Numbered from the stretch's first letter, positions 36,830 through 49,600 are shown. The stretch is DNA of 64,000 nt from Octopus sinensis (GCF_006345805.1 NC_043020.1:992001-1056000); one strand, 5' to 3'. Notes: generated by a model not told the origin, from the sequence alone. Translations and numbers: made by a program.

Positions 36830-37170
36830 GAATGATAGCTGTTGTGGCTATATGTCCCTTGGATGGTTCCTGTGTGTAGTCAAGGACAAGTTAAATAAAT
36901 TTTATATAGGAAGCACGGTAGATTTTTAAGGCTAGATATAGATCGCAAATGAGCTCATTTTCTAACGACAAATATTGTAATTCAACAACACTTGCATCCC
37001 ATATACATAATTTGAAGAAAAATAATAAGAATTATTATCTAGAATGGTCCATTGTCTCTAAAACCCCAAATTTCAAGGGAAATATTAACAGGTGTAAGCC
37101 GTGCATAAAGGAATCCCTTACCACCCTTAGGGGTTATGGATCACACGCTGAATAAATTTACTGATGTGAT
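36830..37170 (+). mobile_element. Penelope family B GIY-YIG fragment
   Basis: CPLDGSC, FYIGST, NSTTLASHIHNLK...WSIV...CKPCIKE. Confidence 0.8.
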
Positions 37171-37343
37171 TCCTTTTTGCATCCATAAATTCTCATCTAC
37201 ATTCTTCAAAGTGTATAGGAATAAAATAAGCTGTAGCAAATAAATAATTTAGCTCTTACAGGGAATTGAAACCACGGAGGTTGAATTTAATTTAATACAC
37301 CCATTTTTTTTATTTTTAATTTTTAATTTATAAAAAAAAACTT

Positions 37344-37388
37344 TATCATTGCAATATCTGTGGTAAATCATTCTCTCGAAGTGGTGAC
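37344..37388 (+). pseudogene. Half C2H2 zinc finger fragment
   Basis: YHCNICGKSFSRSGD. Confidence 0.7.
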
Positions 37389-37394
37389 AGACTT

Positions 37395-38030
37395 ACAGAC
37401 TATATACCAAATTGGGACCGGCTCGAAAGCAATGTGACCATCTGCAGTTCCTAGCAGATGTAGCAATGCAAGTAAGAGGTGGTTATTCCTAAAAAAAAAA
37501 AAAAGAAAAAAGAAAAAAAAAACCTAGGGAAAAAACAAAAGCCTGCCAGGGGAATATCGATCTGAATTCAGCACATCATCATCATTTAACATCTGCTTTC
37601 CATGCTAGCATGGGTTGAACCGTTCAACTGGGGTCTGTGAAGCCGGAAGGCTTCATCAGGCCCAGTCAGATCTGGCAGTGTTTCTACGGCTGGATGCCCT
37701 TCCTAACGCCAACCACTCCGTGAGTGTAGTGGGTGCTTTTTACGTGCCCCCTGCACAGGTGCCAGACAGAGCTGGCAAATGGCCATGAACGGATGGTGCT
37801 TTTACGTGGGGGGCCAGGCGAGGCTGGCAACGGACACGAACGGATGGTGCTTTTACATGCCACATCCCCATAAATTAGAAAGAAATCAAGGGTCGCAAAA
37901 AGCAGTGTTAAGAATGCCTTCATCAAAAAAGGAAAGCTTCTAGTGGAAGGGCTGTAGAAACAACTTTCCAATGTGCATTCTGCAAGGTTGTATTATGCAG
38001 AACAAGGTGCTTTGCAAGTTTTCACGATAG
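37395..38030 (+). mobile_element. piggyBac C-terminal region, interrupted by an RTE tail
   Basis: Similar to 15100-15380; GRAVETTFQCAFCKVVLCRTRCF. Confidence 0.82.
37577..37862 (-). mobile_element. RTE LINE 3' tail ending in (GAT)n
   Basis: Reverse complement of the tail family at 53615-54133; short CACATC duplication at the flanks. Confidence 0.85.
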
Positions 38031-38419
38031 GAATATTGTTTGATTTGTATATATGTGTATGTGTGATTTGATTTTATAAACATTTTCAGGTTGAGAATAT
38101 GAAATGACGCTAAACGTTGTAGTCGAGGGAAGGAGACCTAACTGCTATCTATGCTGAGCACGAGGACACACAAAGACCGAGTGTCCTTTATGTGAATTCT
38201 CACAAAGTGAAGAGACAACGGAAAAACAAAATAAGAGCAAAAGAAAGAACATTTGCAGGAAAAAGTATAAACAGAAGGAAAAAAATTAGACAAGAACGGG
38301 AGTTGGCAGCCCTGACCCCTGAAGACTCTCACGAGTCCTTTTGGCCAGAGCTGCCCTCTTGGTTTCTACCTGCTAGGCAGTTTCACCCAGCAGGGACCAT
38401 GTAGATGGTTTAACGTAGG

Positions 38420-39059
38420 AATTTTTTTGATTTATTGGGGGGGGGGGGGGGCAATTTGGGGAACGGTAAAAAAAATTTTAATTTAGGGGGAAAAGTTTTG
38501 AATTTGGGAAAGCTAAAAATTTTTTTTTAATATGGGTTAAATTTGAAAAAAAACAAATTTCTTCAAATTTGGAAAAATAAAATTTTTTAATTTAGGGGGG
38601 AAAGTTTTGAATTTGGGAAAATATGGGTTAAATTTGAAAAAAAAATTTCTTTGGAAAAATGAAAAAAAATCTTTAAAAATTTTTTTTAATTTAGGGGGCG
38701 TTTGAATTTGGGGGACAAGTTTTAAATCTGGGAAAAAAATTTTTTTTTTATATGGGAAAATTTGAAAAAAAAAAAAAATTCTTAAAATTTGGAAAAATGA
38801 AAAAAAAAATCTTAAAAAAATATTTTTGTTTACGGAGTTTTGAATTTAGGAAAGCTAAAAATTTTTTTTTAATTTGGGGAGGGAAAAGTAAAAGAAAAAT
38901 TTTTTTTAATTTGGGGGGACAAGTTTTAAATTTGGGAAAAAAATTTTTTTAATATGGGAAAATAAAATTTCTTCAAATTTGGAAAAATGAAAAAAAAAAT
39001 TTTTAACAAGCATAAAACACAAAAATAAAACAAATTCACAAAAATTTTCTCTGCAAATA

Positions 39060-39090
<31 letters not shown>
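38420..39090. repeat. Degenerate A/T/G homopolymer-rich tandem repeat or low-quality sequence
   Basis: Recurrent TTTAATTTAGGGGG-AAGTTTTGAATTTGGGAAA units of about 130 bp with variable homopolymer lengths. Confidence 0.7.
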
Positions 39091-39093
<3 letters not shown>

Positions 39094-39611
39094 ATGGGAT
39101 GGTTTATATGCAGTGTATAAAGCAGAGTTCTGCCGAACAATTTTTCTGTCCCAGCTGGTGATTTCAGTTTTCACAAATGGGAATAAATGACTTACAGTAT
39201 ATATCAACATACAATCTGCATCCCTTGCAAACCAATGACGTATTTGAAAGGGTGGTGAAATTAAGAACAACTGAGCCCTGAATATCAACATATGTGGCTT
39301 TTGTAATGACTGGTACAGCTCAACAGGTAAAAAGGGTGTATTTAAAACAGCCATGACCTCTTCTTTCTAGCAGATGTCAACAACAGAGACTAAATTGGAA
39401 CTGGAGTATCAACCCAAGCTGGAGCACCCACATCAGCCACAAAGGCCAGCAGGATGTACCCTTGGATTCTTAGAGACCTTTCTGTCCCCTATGTCTACAG
39501 AGCCCCTCACATGCTGTACTCAGTCCCACTGAGGTGGTCTCTTCTCACTAAAAAAAAATATTAAGTGAACAATTTGTAGAGATCACTAACAGAAGATAAG
39601 CGCAGAAGATA

Positions 39612-40012
39612 AGTGGCTGTGTGGTAAGTAGCTTGCTTACCAACCACATGGTTCCGGGTTCAGTCCCACTGCGTGGCACCTTGGGCAAGTGTCTTCTGCA
39701 ATACCCTCGGGCTGACTAAAGCCTTGCGAGTGGATTTGGTAGACGGAAACTGAAAGAAGCCCATCGTACATACGTCGTGTGTGTGTGTGTGTGTGTGTGT
39801 GTATGTTTGTGTGTCTGTGTCCCCCCCCCCACAACATTGCTTGACAACCGATGCTGGTGTGTTTACATCCCCGTAACTTAGCGGTTCGGCAAAAGAGATC
39901 CGATAGAATAAGTACTAGGCTTACAAGGAATAAGTTCTGGGGGTCAATTTGTTCGACTAAAAGGTGGTGCTCCAGCATGGCCACAGTCACATGACTGAAA
40001 CAAGTAAAAGGG
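39612..40012 (+). mobile_element. tRNA-derived SINE, family 1
   Basis: GTGGCTGTGTGGTAAG A-box, GGTTCAGTCCC B-box-like motif, internal TG tract. Other copies: about 48403-48785 (+), 49397-49725 (-), 50316-50700 (+), 52440-53010 (-), 59640-60016 (-), plus fragments at 45510, 53430, 61110 and 63020. Confidence 0.9.
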
Positions 40013-40031
40013 AAGATGTTAATCACCCCTT

Positions 40032-40069
<38 letters not shown>

Positions 40070-40438
40070 GCAACCACCCTAAAGAGAGAGAAGAAAAAGG
40101 GCACTATAGTGTTAGTAACACACCATCAGCAACTTCAAACTCATATTTCTCAATATTTCAACAAATTCTTTCAGAGAGTACCAAACAGAAGATCAACACC
40201 TGGAAATGCTTCAGACAAAACCCATTTCCTACAAGAGTAAGATATAGGGTCCCCCACAATAAGATTTTAAAATCCCTTCATCCAGGTGATGATATATTAA
40301 TTTTGACATAACCTTCAACAAAACTGGCTAAAAAATAAGCTCATATACAGCTTTGTCCCTTCTGTTATGTTACCTGCATTGCATCAATATATAAACAGCT
40401 GCTCTCTTACAATTTACCTCTCTTGGTTCAGCCCCATT

Positions 40439-40704
40439 CTACACCATGTGGGGTAAGGCACCGTAATCTTTCTCCATCTCTTCTGCAGCGACCAACAAAC
40501 GTCGGTCCTCCTCATCGTCGTCAGCATCCATCGACAGGTCGGTCACTTCTTGCTTCCCCTCCATCACTTCTACAGCTTCGACCAAGAGGGAATCATCGAT
40601 TTTTTCCTGGCTTTCCAAAGCATCAACCAAGAGGCTGTCTTCAAAGTCCTCATCCAATGTGGTGTCATTCAGCCAGGGAAGTAGATTGTCAGGCAACAGA
40701 TAAT
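40439..40704 (-). CDS. PRIMPOL: PrimPol terminal coding exon 14, acidic tail, TAG stop
   Basis: ttttaAG acceptor; DYLLPDNLLPW then D/E-rich repeats; stop at 40439-40441. Confidence 0.92.
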
Positions 40705-41339
40705 CTTAAAAGGAAGAGATTATATTTGTATGTATATGTATTTGCATGTGTATATATGTATAAGTATTTGTATGTATATGTATGTATTACTTTATAAAAA
40801 TAGGGTAAAGTAAAATAATTTACTTTACCACACACCGAGCTTTTTAGAAATAGCAGCCAAAAATTTGGCTATTTCTTCTACTGCAAGAAAAAGTCTCCCA
40901 GACAATGCATACTCAGAAATAACTCACATAGGTATAAGGGAAAAACAATGAAAGATCACATCCATACGAGATCACCCGAGGACAAGCCTGTTTCTGGATT
41001 AGTGGATTAAACGTCAACATTTCCTTCATCAGCTCAGAGATTTCTTCTGATTTAGATTTGAAAGTACTAAGAATCAAACATACCCGTCCGATATTGGTAA
41101 CACCGGACAAACCATGCCAGACCACCAGTACTGTATGTACGTATGTGTGTACATGTGTATGTGTGTGTGTGTGTGTGTGTATGCATGAATGTGTATGTAT
41201 GTATATGCATGTGTGTGTGTATGTATATGCATGTGTGTGTGTATGTATATGCATGTATGTGTATGCATGCATGTGTATGTATGTGTGTATGTATGTATGT
41301 ATGTATGTGTGTGTATGTATGTATGTATGTATGTATGTA

Positions 41340-41386
<47 letters not shown>

Positions 41387-43633
41387 ATGTATGTATGTAT
41401 GTATGTATGTATGTATGTATGTATGTATGTATGTATGTGTATGTATGTGTATGTATGTATGTATATATGTATATGTATTTGTATGCATATGGATTATATA
41501 TGTATGTATAGATTAATGCTTTGATATGGAACAACTTATTTATTCTTGGAGACTGCTCGTAAAGCAAGAACTCGTAAAACAGAACAATAACTTCCCAGTA
41601 TAGCAATGTTATAAATTGTAATTCATTCCCAGAACAATATTTTACCAATAAAATTCATAATACTAATAACAGTGAAATGTAGAGAATCAAGAGTCAAGAC
41701 TATTGAAAAGGTTGCAAGACGCAATGAAAATAAAAATAAGAAATAAGTGGAAATTTTACCAGTGAGTGTGTTATATTATAAGGCACAAAAAGAGAATGAC
41801 TCTCCCCAGACATAATAGAATATGCTTCAACCTTAGTCACAATTTATGTTCCTAACACCAGCTTAATGATAACTAAGTTATTTTACTAAATTCTTTGTTA
41901 TATTTACAATTAATTGAAAGAAACACAGAGCATCTCAAAATAAATATGGTAATGGAAGGGTTAACAGAAACAGCAATTGATTACAGCAGGGAAAAGGGGA
42001 GGGGGTCAGTAAAAAAAATGAGGTCCAAAAGTAGTGATTTTCAACCAGGGTCCATATAAACTTTGGTGGTGGTGGTGGGGGGGGGGGTCTATGCAACAAA
42101 ATAGTAAATTGGGGTTTCTTCTATGATTTGTCAATTCTGGCCATTTTTCCAGTTTCATTAGTTATTGACAGCAAACATCTAAATTGATTGTTTGGTTCCT
42201 TGGAAGCAGCTCCAATTACACATTTTGATTTATTGTATTAAGTGGAATCTCTTTTCAGTTTTTGTGGAACCCAAATATCGAGCTTGTTAACGAGACCAAG
42301 ACATTTTAAGTGATTTGCAATTGTTGTGTGTGATACATTCAACCTCTCTGCAATCTCTCGCACAGTTACATGACAATCAGATTAAATAATGGCTTTGATT
42401 CGGTCATCATCAACCTTAGTAGGCCAACCAGAATGCTGGTCATCTTTGGGTGAAAAATCTTCCGAATAGAAATTCTAAAACCATTTCTGACATGTGCGTT
42501 CTATTAAGCAATCAACACCATAAACTTTTTCGTGAGACTCAGCAGCTTTCTTGCCTTTACGGAAATTAAAAAGCAAAATATGGCGAAAATGCCTATTTTT
42601 GCACTCGTTAAAATTGACACTGAAATAACAGCTGTAAACAAAAACTATGCGCAATTTGTTTCTAAAGTAAGCTAAAAGTAACGGCTATCAAATGTCAGAA
42701 GGAAAAAAAATCATAACATCAAAAGTTATCAAAAAAAATTCTATTTACGAAAATCGAAATTACTTTCTTGCCAATCCCTATAGTTTATAAAACCCCTAAT
42801 GGTTATGGGGGTCCACCAGAATAAGATAGTAATCAAAGGGGTCCATAGATAGAAAAAGGGTGAAAACCCCTAATCAAAAGGAAGAAATGAAAGATCACCT
42901 CTCTCATACCTTCAGAACGGTAATTAATCCGTTTGCAATCTGGATCGTGGCATTTCTGATAATAAACACATTGCTTCAGGTCCACTATTAGTCTGGAAGA
43001 GAAAAATGGGAGGAAATTCTTCTTCAGAAAAACACCAAAAAGGAAACGTAGCCATTTCTTTACAATTTGCATTTCAATTTCTCTTCAATATTTTTTGGTT
43101 TTTGGTTCCTTTTGATAAACTTGACAAAATATATTCAAGAAATTCAGTTAAGATTCCAATGTCTTCATCTTCTGTCAGGTAGTTTATCCTGTCCTCCAAC
43201 CCTTAATTCATGTAATTGAAAAAAAAACCTTATTTATGGGACTACCCAATATAAAAATATATAAAGCACCACTCGAGCATGGTCAATGCCAGTGCCACTG
43301 GACTGGCTCCTGTGCCAGTGGCATGTAAAAAGCTAGTGCCACCAGACTGGCTCCCATGCCTGTGGCCCATAAAAACCACCAATCAAGCGTGGTCAATACC
43401 AGTGCCATCTGAATGGCTCCTAGCACCATCCAAGCATGGTCGATGCCAGTGCCGCCTGACTGGCCACTGTGCAAGTGGAATGTAAAAGCACACTATACTC
43501 TCAGGGGGGTTAGCATTAGGACGTGCATCCAGCTGTAGGAACTTTGCCAGTCCTCAATCGAACCGTCCAACCCATACCAGCAAGGCAAGCAGACATTAAA
43601 TGATAATGGGGACGGGGGGGGGGATCAATCCTC

Positions 43634-43668
<35 letters not shown>

Positions 43669-46600
43669 AACAAACACAGGTCTCAACTTCCTTTTCACAC
43701 ATAAATAATGAGCAACCCCCCACCATGTATGTATATACAGGTCAAACTCCCTTTTCAAGGGATCTAAACCCTTCTCTGTGATACTGAAATTCTTCAAAAT
43801 ATACACAAGACTAACAAAAAAAAATTTCTTTAATTAATCTCCATCTTTAAGCCTTTCATATTCAGATTAATCTGTTTCAACAGAATGCAATGTTAGTTTA
43901 TATTTTTTCAAAATTAATCCAAGATTATCTTATAGTTCAAGAGATTTCGATAATGTGATTGGTTACTTTTAGAACAAGATATTAGGGTTGTTGTTCGAGG
44001 CCGGATCTGGCCAGTTTCAACAACAAGACAGGTCAATCATTTTGGCCCAATATGGTCAGTTTGAATGCGTACAGAAAAAATAATAACAAATGTTAGGAAT
44101 TAATTTGGAACTGAAGTGAAAGCAATTTCCTTACCTGATGTTGTTACTTCGGTGTTCACGACCAATGTTACCGCACCATCGGTACTGGCAGATGTCATAG
44201 CCCAAGAGATTCTCATTGCTGAAATACATCCATCGGAAGACTCTTCCTTTGCGGCCTTCAGAGGAAATGATGGAGTTTATAAATGCATCGATCTCAGGAT
44301 ATGGCGAAGGATTCGAAGAATAGTCTCCTTTGAGGTTATCTGTAAGGATGAACGATGAACTTAGGTTCTCATATACTTGTAAGGGTGTCTTTAGAGAGAA
44401 AGTGAAAGAGGGGCACCAGTGCCAGTACTTTTTACGTGGCACCAGCACCTGAACCATGGTCCCTTCTAATATAGACACAAAGCCTGAAATTTTGCTGGAG
44501 AGGGGGCTAATTGATTCCATCCACCATAGTTCTTTATTTTATCAACCCCTTAACCCTTTAGTGTTTAAACCGGCCCGAATATTCTCACATTTTATGCTCA
44601 AACTGGCCAGAGCCAGCATCTCACACCTACCCTGCAATGTCATTCTAAAAATAAACAATTACATTTTTCAAATCTTGAAGTTACAAGATAATACCAGATT
44701 AATATTTTAAAATGTAAATGAATAAGGATTACTTTTGACATATTAATTTGAACACTAAAGGGTTAAAGGCGGCGAGCTGGCAGAATGGTTAGCACGCCGG
44801 GTGAAATGCGTAGCTGTATTTCGTCTGCCGTTACGTTCTGAGTTCAAATTCCGCCGAGGTTGACTTTGCCTTTCATCCTTTCGGGGGTCGATAAATTAAG
44901 TACCAGTTACGCACTGGGGTCGATGTAATGGACTTAATCCGTTTTGTCTATCCTTGTTTGTCCCCTCTATGTTTAGGCCCTTGTGGGCAATAAAGAAACA
45001 AATTTTATCAACCTCAAAAGGATGAAAGGCAAAGTCAACTTCAGTGAAATTTGAACCCAGAACAAAGCCAAAAGAAATGCTGCCAAACGTTTGCCTTAAA
45101 ATACTAATAAGAAAATCGTTCGTACCTTCATTTTTTTGTACGGCCAACAATCTCTTCTGTTTCAACTTTATTTCATCAGGAGTGCTAAATGTTAAGATCC
45201 TCAGGTCCTGATGGTATCTAGAATACAAAAATTATTTATATATATATATATTTATTACCTCAATACATTTGACTAATATAAGCACAATGAGATACTTTAT
45301 CTACAGGCTGAAACAGCTGTAAGATTTTATATGTAATATTTTTATGGTATTATCTTACTTGATGTATATTGTTTTCTGTTGGATTTGGATGTTCCTATTT
45401 AATTAGTTCATAAATTATATGAATTGGTATTATCTGTAAGTTGATGATTGAAAGGAATCTGTTCCTCCATTTTCTTATTTTGTATATATATATATTTTTC
45501 TTTTATTTGTTTAAGTCATTTGACCGTGGCCATGATGGAGCAATGCCTTTAGTCAAACAAATCAACCCCAGGCCTTATTCTTTGTAAGCCTAGCATTTAT
45601 TCTATCGGTATCTCTTGCTGAACCGCTAGGTGACGGGGACGTAAACACGCCAGCATTGGTTGTCAAGCGATGCTGGAGGGACAAACACATTTGAGGAAAA
45701 ATTACTGGGGTCAATTCATTTTACTAAAAATTCTTCAAAGCAGTGCTGTAGCATGGCCACAGTCTAATGACAAGTAAAAGATAAAAAAAACAAAAAACAT
45801 ACTTACTGTACATTGGCAATTAGGGAATCATAAAAGAAACTCTGCTGATCCGATTGATCTGTAGGGTATTGATTATGATCCGACACAAGAAAAGGATTCT
45901 TTTTGCCAAGCTTTGAGGACAGGAATAAACGAAAGTTCCGATTCTTTGAGTAGACACCTGAAGGAGAGACAAGACATAGAAACCATAAGGAGAATTTTTT
46001 TCTGATTAGGTAAAGGAAGGACAGTAGTTGATATGACTTGGCACAACGTGATGGTTATCAAATGATAGAGAGATCCGGTTGGCCTAGGGTTACATAAGAC
46101 ACTTGCCCAAAATGCAATGCAGTGGGAAAGAGGAATTGAACATAGAACCACGAGGTTGGAAAGCAGTCGTATTACCACATAGCCATGTGTGTGTTATGAT
46201 GTGCCTCTTTAACGTCCATTAGTCAAATCTACTTAACCCTTTCATTAACATATTCATTTTGAGATGCTCTGTGTTTCTTTCAATAATTTTAAATATAACA
46301 AAGAATTTAGAAAAATAACTTAGTTACCATTAAGCTAGTGTTAGGAACACAAATTGTGACTAAGGTTTGGTGGAAGATTTTAATTCAAAACTTAAGAAAA
46401 CAAGACATTTGTACTACAGAGCCAGAGGCGGTTTCGGACGGGTTGGTAACAAATGGGTTAACCAGGTGCCATAATGTGAGACAGAAGCCGCAATCTCACA
46501 TGGTTAGGAAGCAAACCTCTTAAGCACCCAACCACATCTGCTCCTGAAAGCATCAACAAACAAGGAAGCAGGCAAGAATGACGATTATTCCTTAACTGTA

Positions 46601-49600
46601 CAGATACTTACCAAGATCACAGATTGCAGTTTCATCTCCATCTTTGTCGAAAACCACGGTTTCTTTTAAATCTGACGGAGAAAATTGTGAAAGAACTTTC
46701 CCTGGCTCACACAAGATGTCACGGCCGTTTATGACAACAGAAGATGAGGAGTTCATGTTTCGTGTTGGAGATGAGGTGGATGCTGGTAATTGTGGCGAAA
46801 GATGCTGCTGTCTTGAACAGGAACTATCCTTCATAGTTGCTGGTGTTGCTGAGGGAGTTTTAGACGGGTCAACCACCGTAGGCTCTTCTTGTAACAGTGG
46901 CTTACTTTGTTCCGAGTCTGCTCTGTTCTGCCGTAACCAAGTTACAAGATGAGAACAGATAAACTGAACAAACGAACCTGGATTTCAACAGAAAAAGAGA
47001 AAAAAAAGCCAATTTACATTTGTGTGTATGTGTGTGTTTGTGTGCGTGCACACACTTGTTCATGCATGGGTGGGCCAGCCTGCTGCCTTAATTTTCTATT
47101 ATAGGCACAAAGCCTGGAATTACGTGGGAGGGGGGTCAATTTCATTGATCCTAATATTTGACTGGTACATATTTCTTCAACCCCGAATGAATGAAAGGCT
47201 AAGTCAACCTCGGTAGCATTTGAGCTCAGAATGTAAAGACAAATGAAATACCGCTAGGCATTTCATCTGGCATGCTAACAATTCTGCCAGCTCACCATAA
47301 CAAATGCCCTGATGCAGTACCAGGCAGTGGCTCTCGTGGCTTCTGATCTTAACTGATTGGAAGTGTTATCATGTACATTGTTATTTCTTGGTATAAAAGA
47401 TGGGCTACAGCAAATATTCTGCTCAATACCACAGATTTGCTTGTCAGTTGTTTGACCTTAACCAGTTGAGCATGTCCCTTAGTGGCTGACGATATGTGCA
47501 TCTCTGATCACGAGCAGAAGTAGTAGGGGAGCATCATAGCCGTGTTGAAAGGAATTCTTTAGGGTTTGAATAATTCACCTCTGGAAACGTAGGTTTTTCA
47601 CTCAACATCCTTAAACAACCCTTATTCATGGACCTTTTGAGCAAGATAGCTTACTCGACCAGAAGAAAATTCTAACTGGGCCCCCACCTGCAAGATCATG
47701 TGCTGTTTATCTTGATACGAGATCACCATGTCGTGCACATATGGTTGTGATGCATGTGCCTAGTGTACCCTTATCAGACGGGTAGTCATGATGGGTATAC
47801 TGGGCTTCGTATATTTTACCCCAGTGTCACTTTGATGGCATGCACTGCTCTCTCACTCAATAATAATAATAACAGTTTCAAACTTTGGCATGAGGCTAGA
47901 ATGGTTTGGGAGAACAGGCAAGTCAATTACACCCCACCCCCCCAGTGCTCCACTGGTTCTTATTTCATCAGCCCCGAAATAATGAAAGGAAAATTTGACC
48001 ATGGCAGCATTTGAATCAAGAACATAAAATCAGAAGAAATGTTGCTAAGCATTTTGTCCAGAATGCCAACGCTTTTGTCAGCTCACCGCTCTGCTAGAAA
48101 TCAGATGCTATAAATATGTAGCAGACTTACCGACATGCGAATTGTCTTTGAACGCTGCTTGGTTGAGGATAAAGATCAAATGTTCACTGTATTTGGAACT
48201 GGTACTGCAAAACAAAAAGAAAAAGAAAAAAAGAAATTGGAAAGGTGTTTGAAATTAGCATCACCACCACTATAATCATCATGAAATAGCAGTGAGGGAA
48301 TGTTTAGTTGGTCACTCAACATGCAAGAAATAGCTGTTAAATCTCCATAAACTTACACCCCGTAACATCTTACTGGAAAAAAAAATTCTATTATGTATAA
48401 GTAGGCTCAAGAGTGGCTGTGTGGTAAGTAGCTTGCTTACCAACCACATGGTTCCTGGTTCAGTCCCACTGCGTGGCACCTTGGGTAAGTGTCTTCTACT
48501 ATAGCCTTGGGCTGACCAAAGCCTTGTGAGTGGATTTGGTAGACGGAAACTGAAAGAAGCCAGTCGTATATATGTATGTGTTTGCCCCCCCCCTAGCATT
48601 GCTTTACAACCGATGCTGGTGTGTTTATGTCCCCGATACTTAGCGGTTCGGCAAAAGAGACCGATAGAATAAGTACTGGGCTTACAAAAGAATAAGTCCC
48701 AGGGTCGAGTTGCTCGACTAAAGGCAGTGCTCCAGCATGTCCGCAGTCAAATGACTGAAACAAGTAAAAGAGTAAAGAGAGTAAGAGTATAGCCAGAGAC
48801 ATTTGCGTGTGTGTGTGTAATAATAATAATCCTTTCTACCTTAGGCATAAAGCCTAAATTTTGGGGAGAGGGAACCAGTCAATTACATCGACCCCAGTGC
48901 TTAACTGGAACTCATTTTATCGACCCTGAAAGAATGAAAAGCAAAGCTGACCTCGGCAGAATTTGAACTCAAAAGACTTAACGATACGCCGCTAAGCATT
49001 TTGCCCAGTATGCTAACAATACTACCAGCTCACTGCCTTTATAATAATAATAATCTCTACTATAGGCACAAGGGTGGAATTTAAGGAGAGCGAGATAGTC
49101 AATCACACTGGCCCAGTACATGACAGGTACCCCAATTTGTCGACTCCAAAAGACAAAGTTGACCTTGGCAGAATCTGAACTCAGAACGTAACAGTAGACG
49201 AAGTATCTATTTCTTTACTACCCACAAGTGGCTAAACACAGAGGACAAACGGATTAAGTCAATTATATCGACCCCAGTGTGTAACTGGTAGTTATTTAAT
49301 CGACCTCGGCGGAATTTGAACTCAGAACGCTGTGGCAGACGAAATACCATTAAGCATTTCACCCGGTGTGCTAACCATTCTGCCAGCACACCACCTTTAC
49401 TCTTACTTGTTTCAGTCATTTGACTGTGGCCATGCTGGAGCACCGCCGTCAGTCGAGCAAATCGATCCCGGGACTTATTCTTTGTAAACCCAGTACTTAT
49501 TCTATCGGTCTTTTTTGCCGAACCGCTAAGTGACGGGGACGTAAACACACACACATACACATAAATACGACAGGCTTCTTTCAGTTTCCGTCTACCAAAT

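Noticed and set aside
39100-39560. Separate gene or LINE remnant downstream of PrimPol
   Set aside because: No convincing ORF or splice pattern; a faint resemblance to a CR1 3' end is too weak to call.
40913-41648. Six long H/T/Y/I- and C/V/M/Y-rich ORFs
   Set aside because: They are translations of the (TG)n/(TATG)n microsatellite, which has no stop codons.
44896-45228. Independent 110-aa gene
   Set aside because: It is PrimPol exon 11 running into an intronic SINE. The same applies to track ORFs 42833-43072, 44131-44520, 46592-46876 and 54317-54556.
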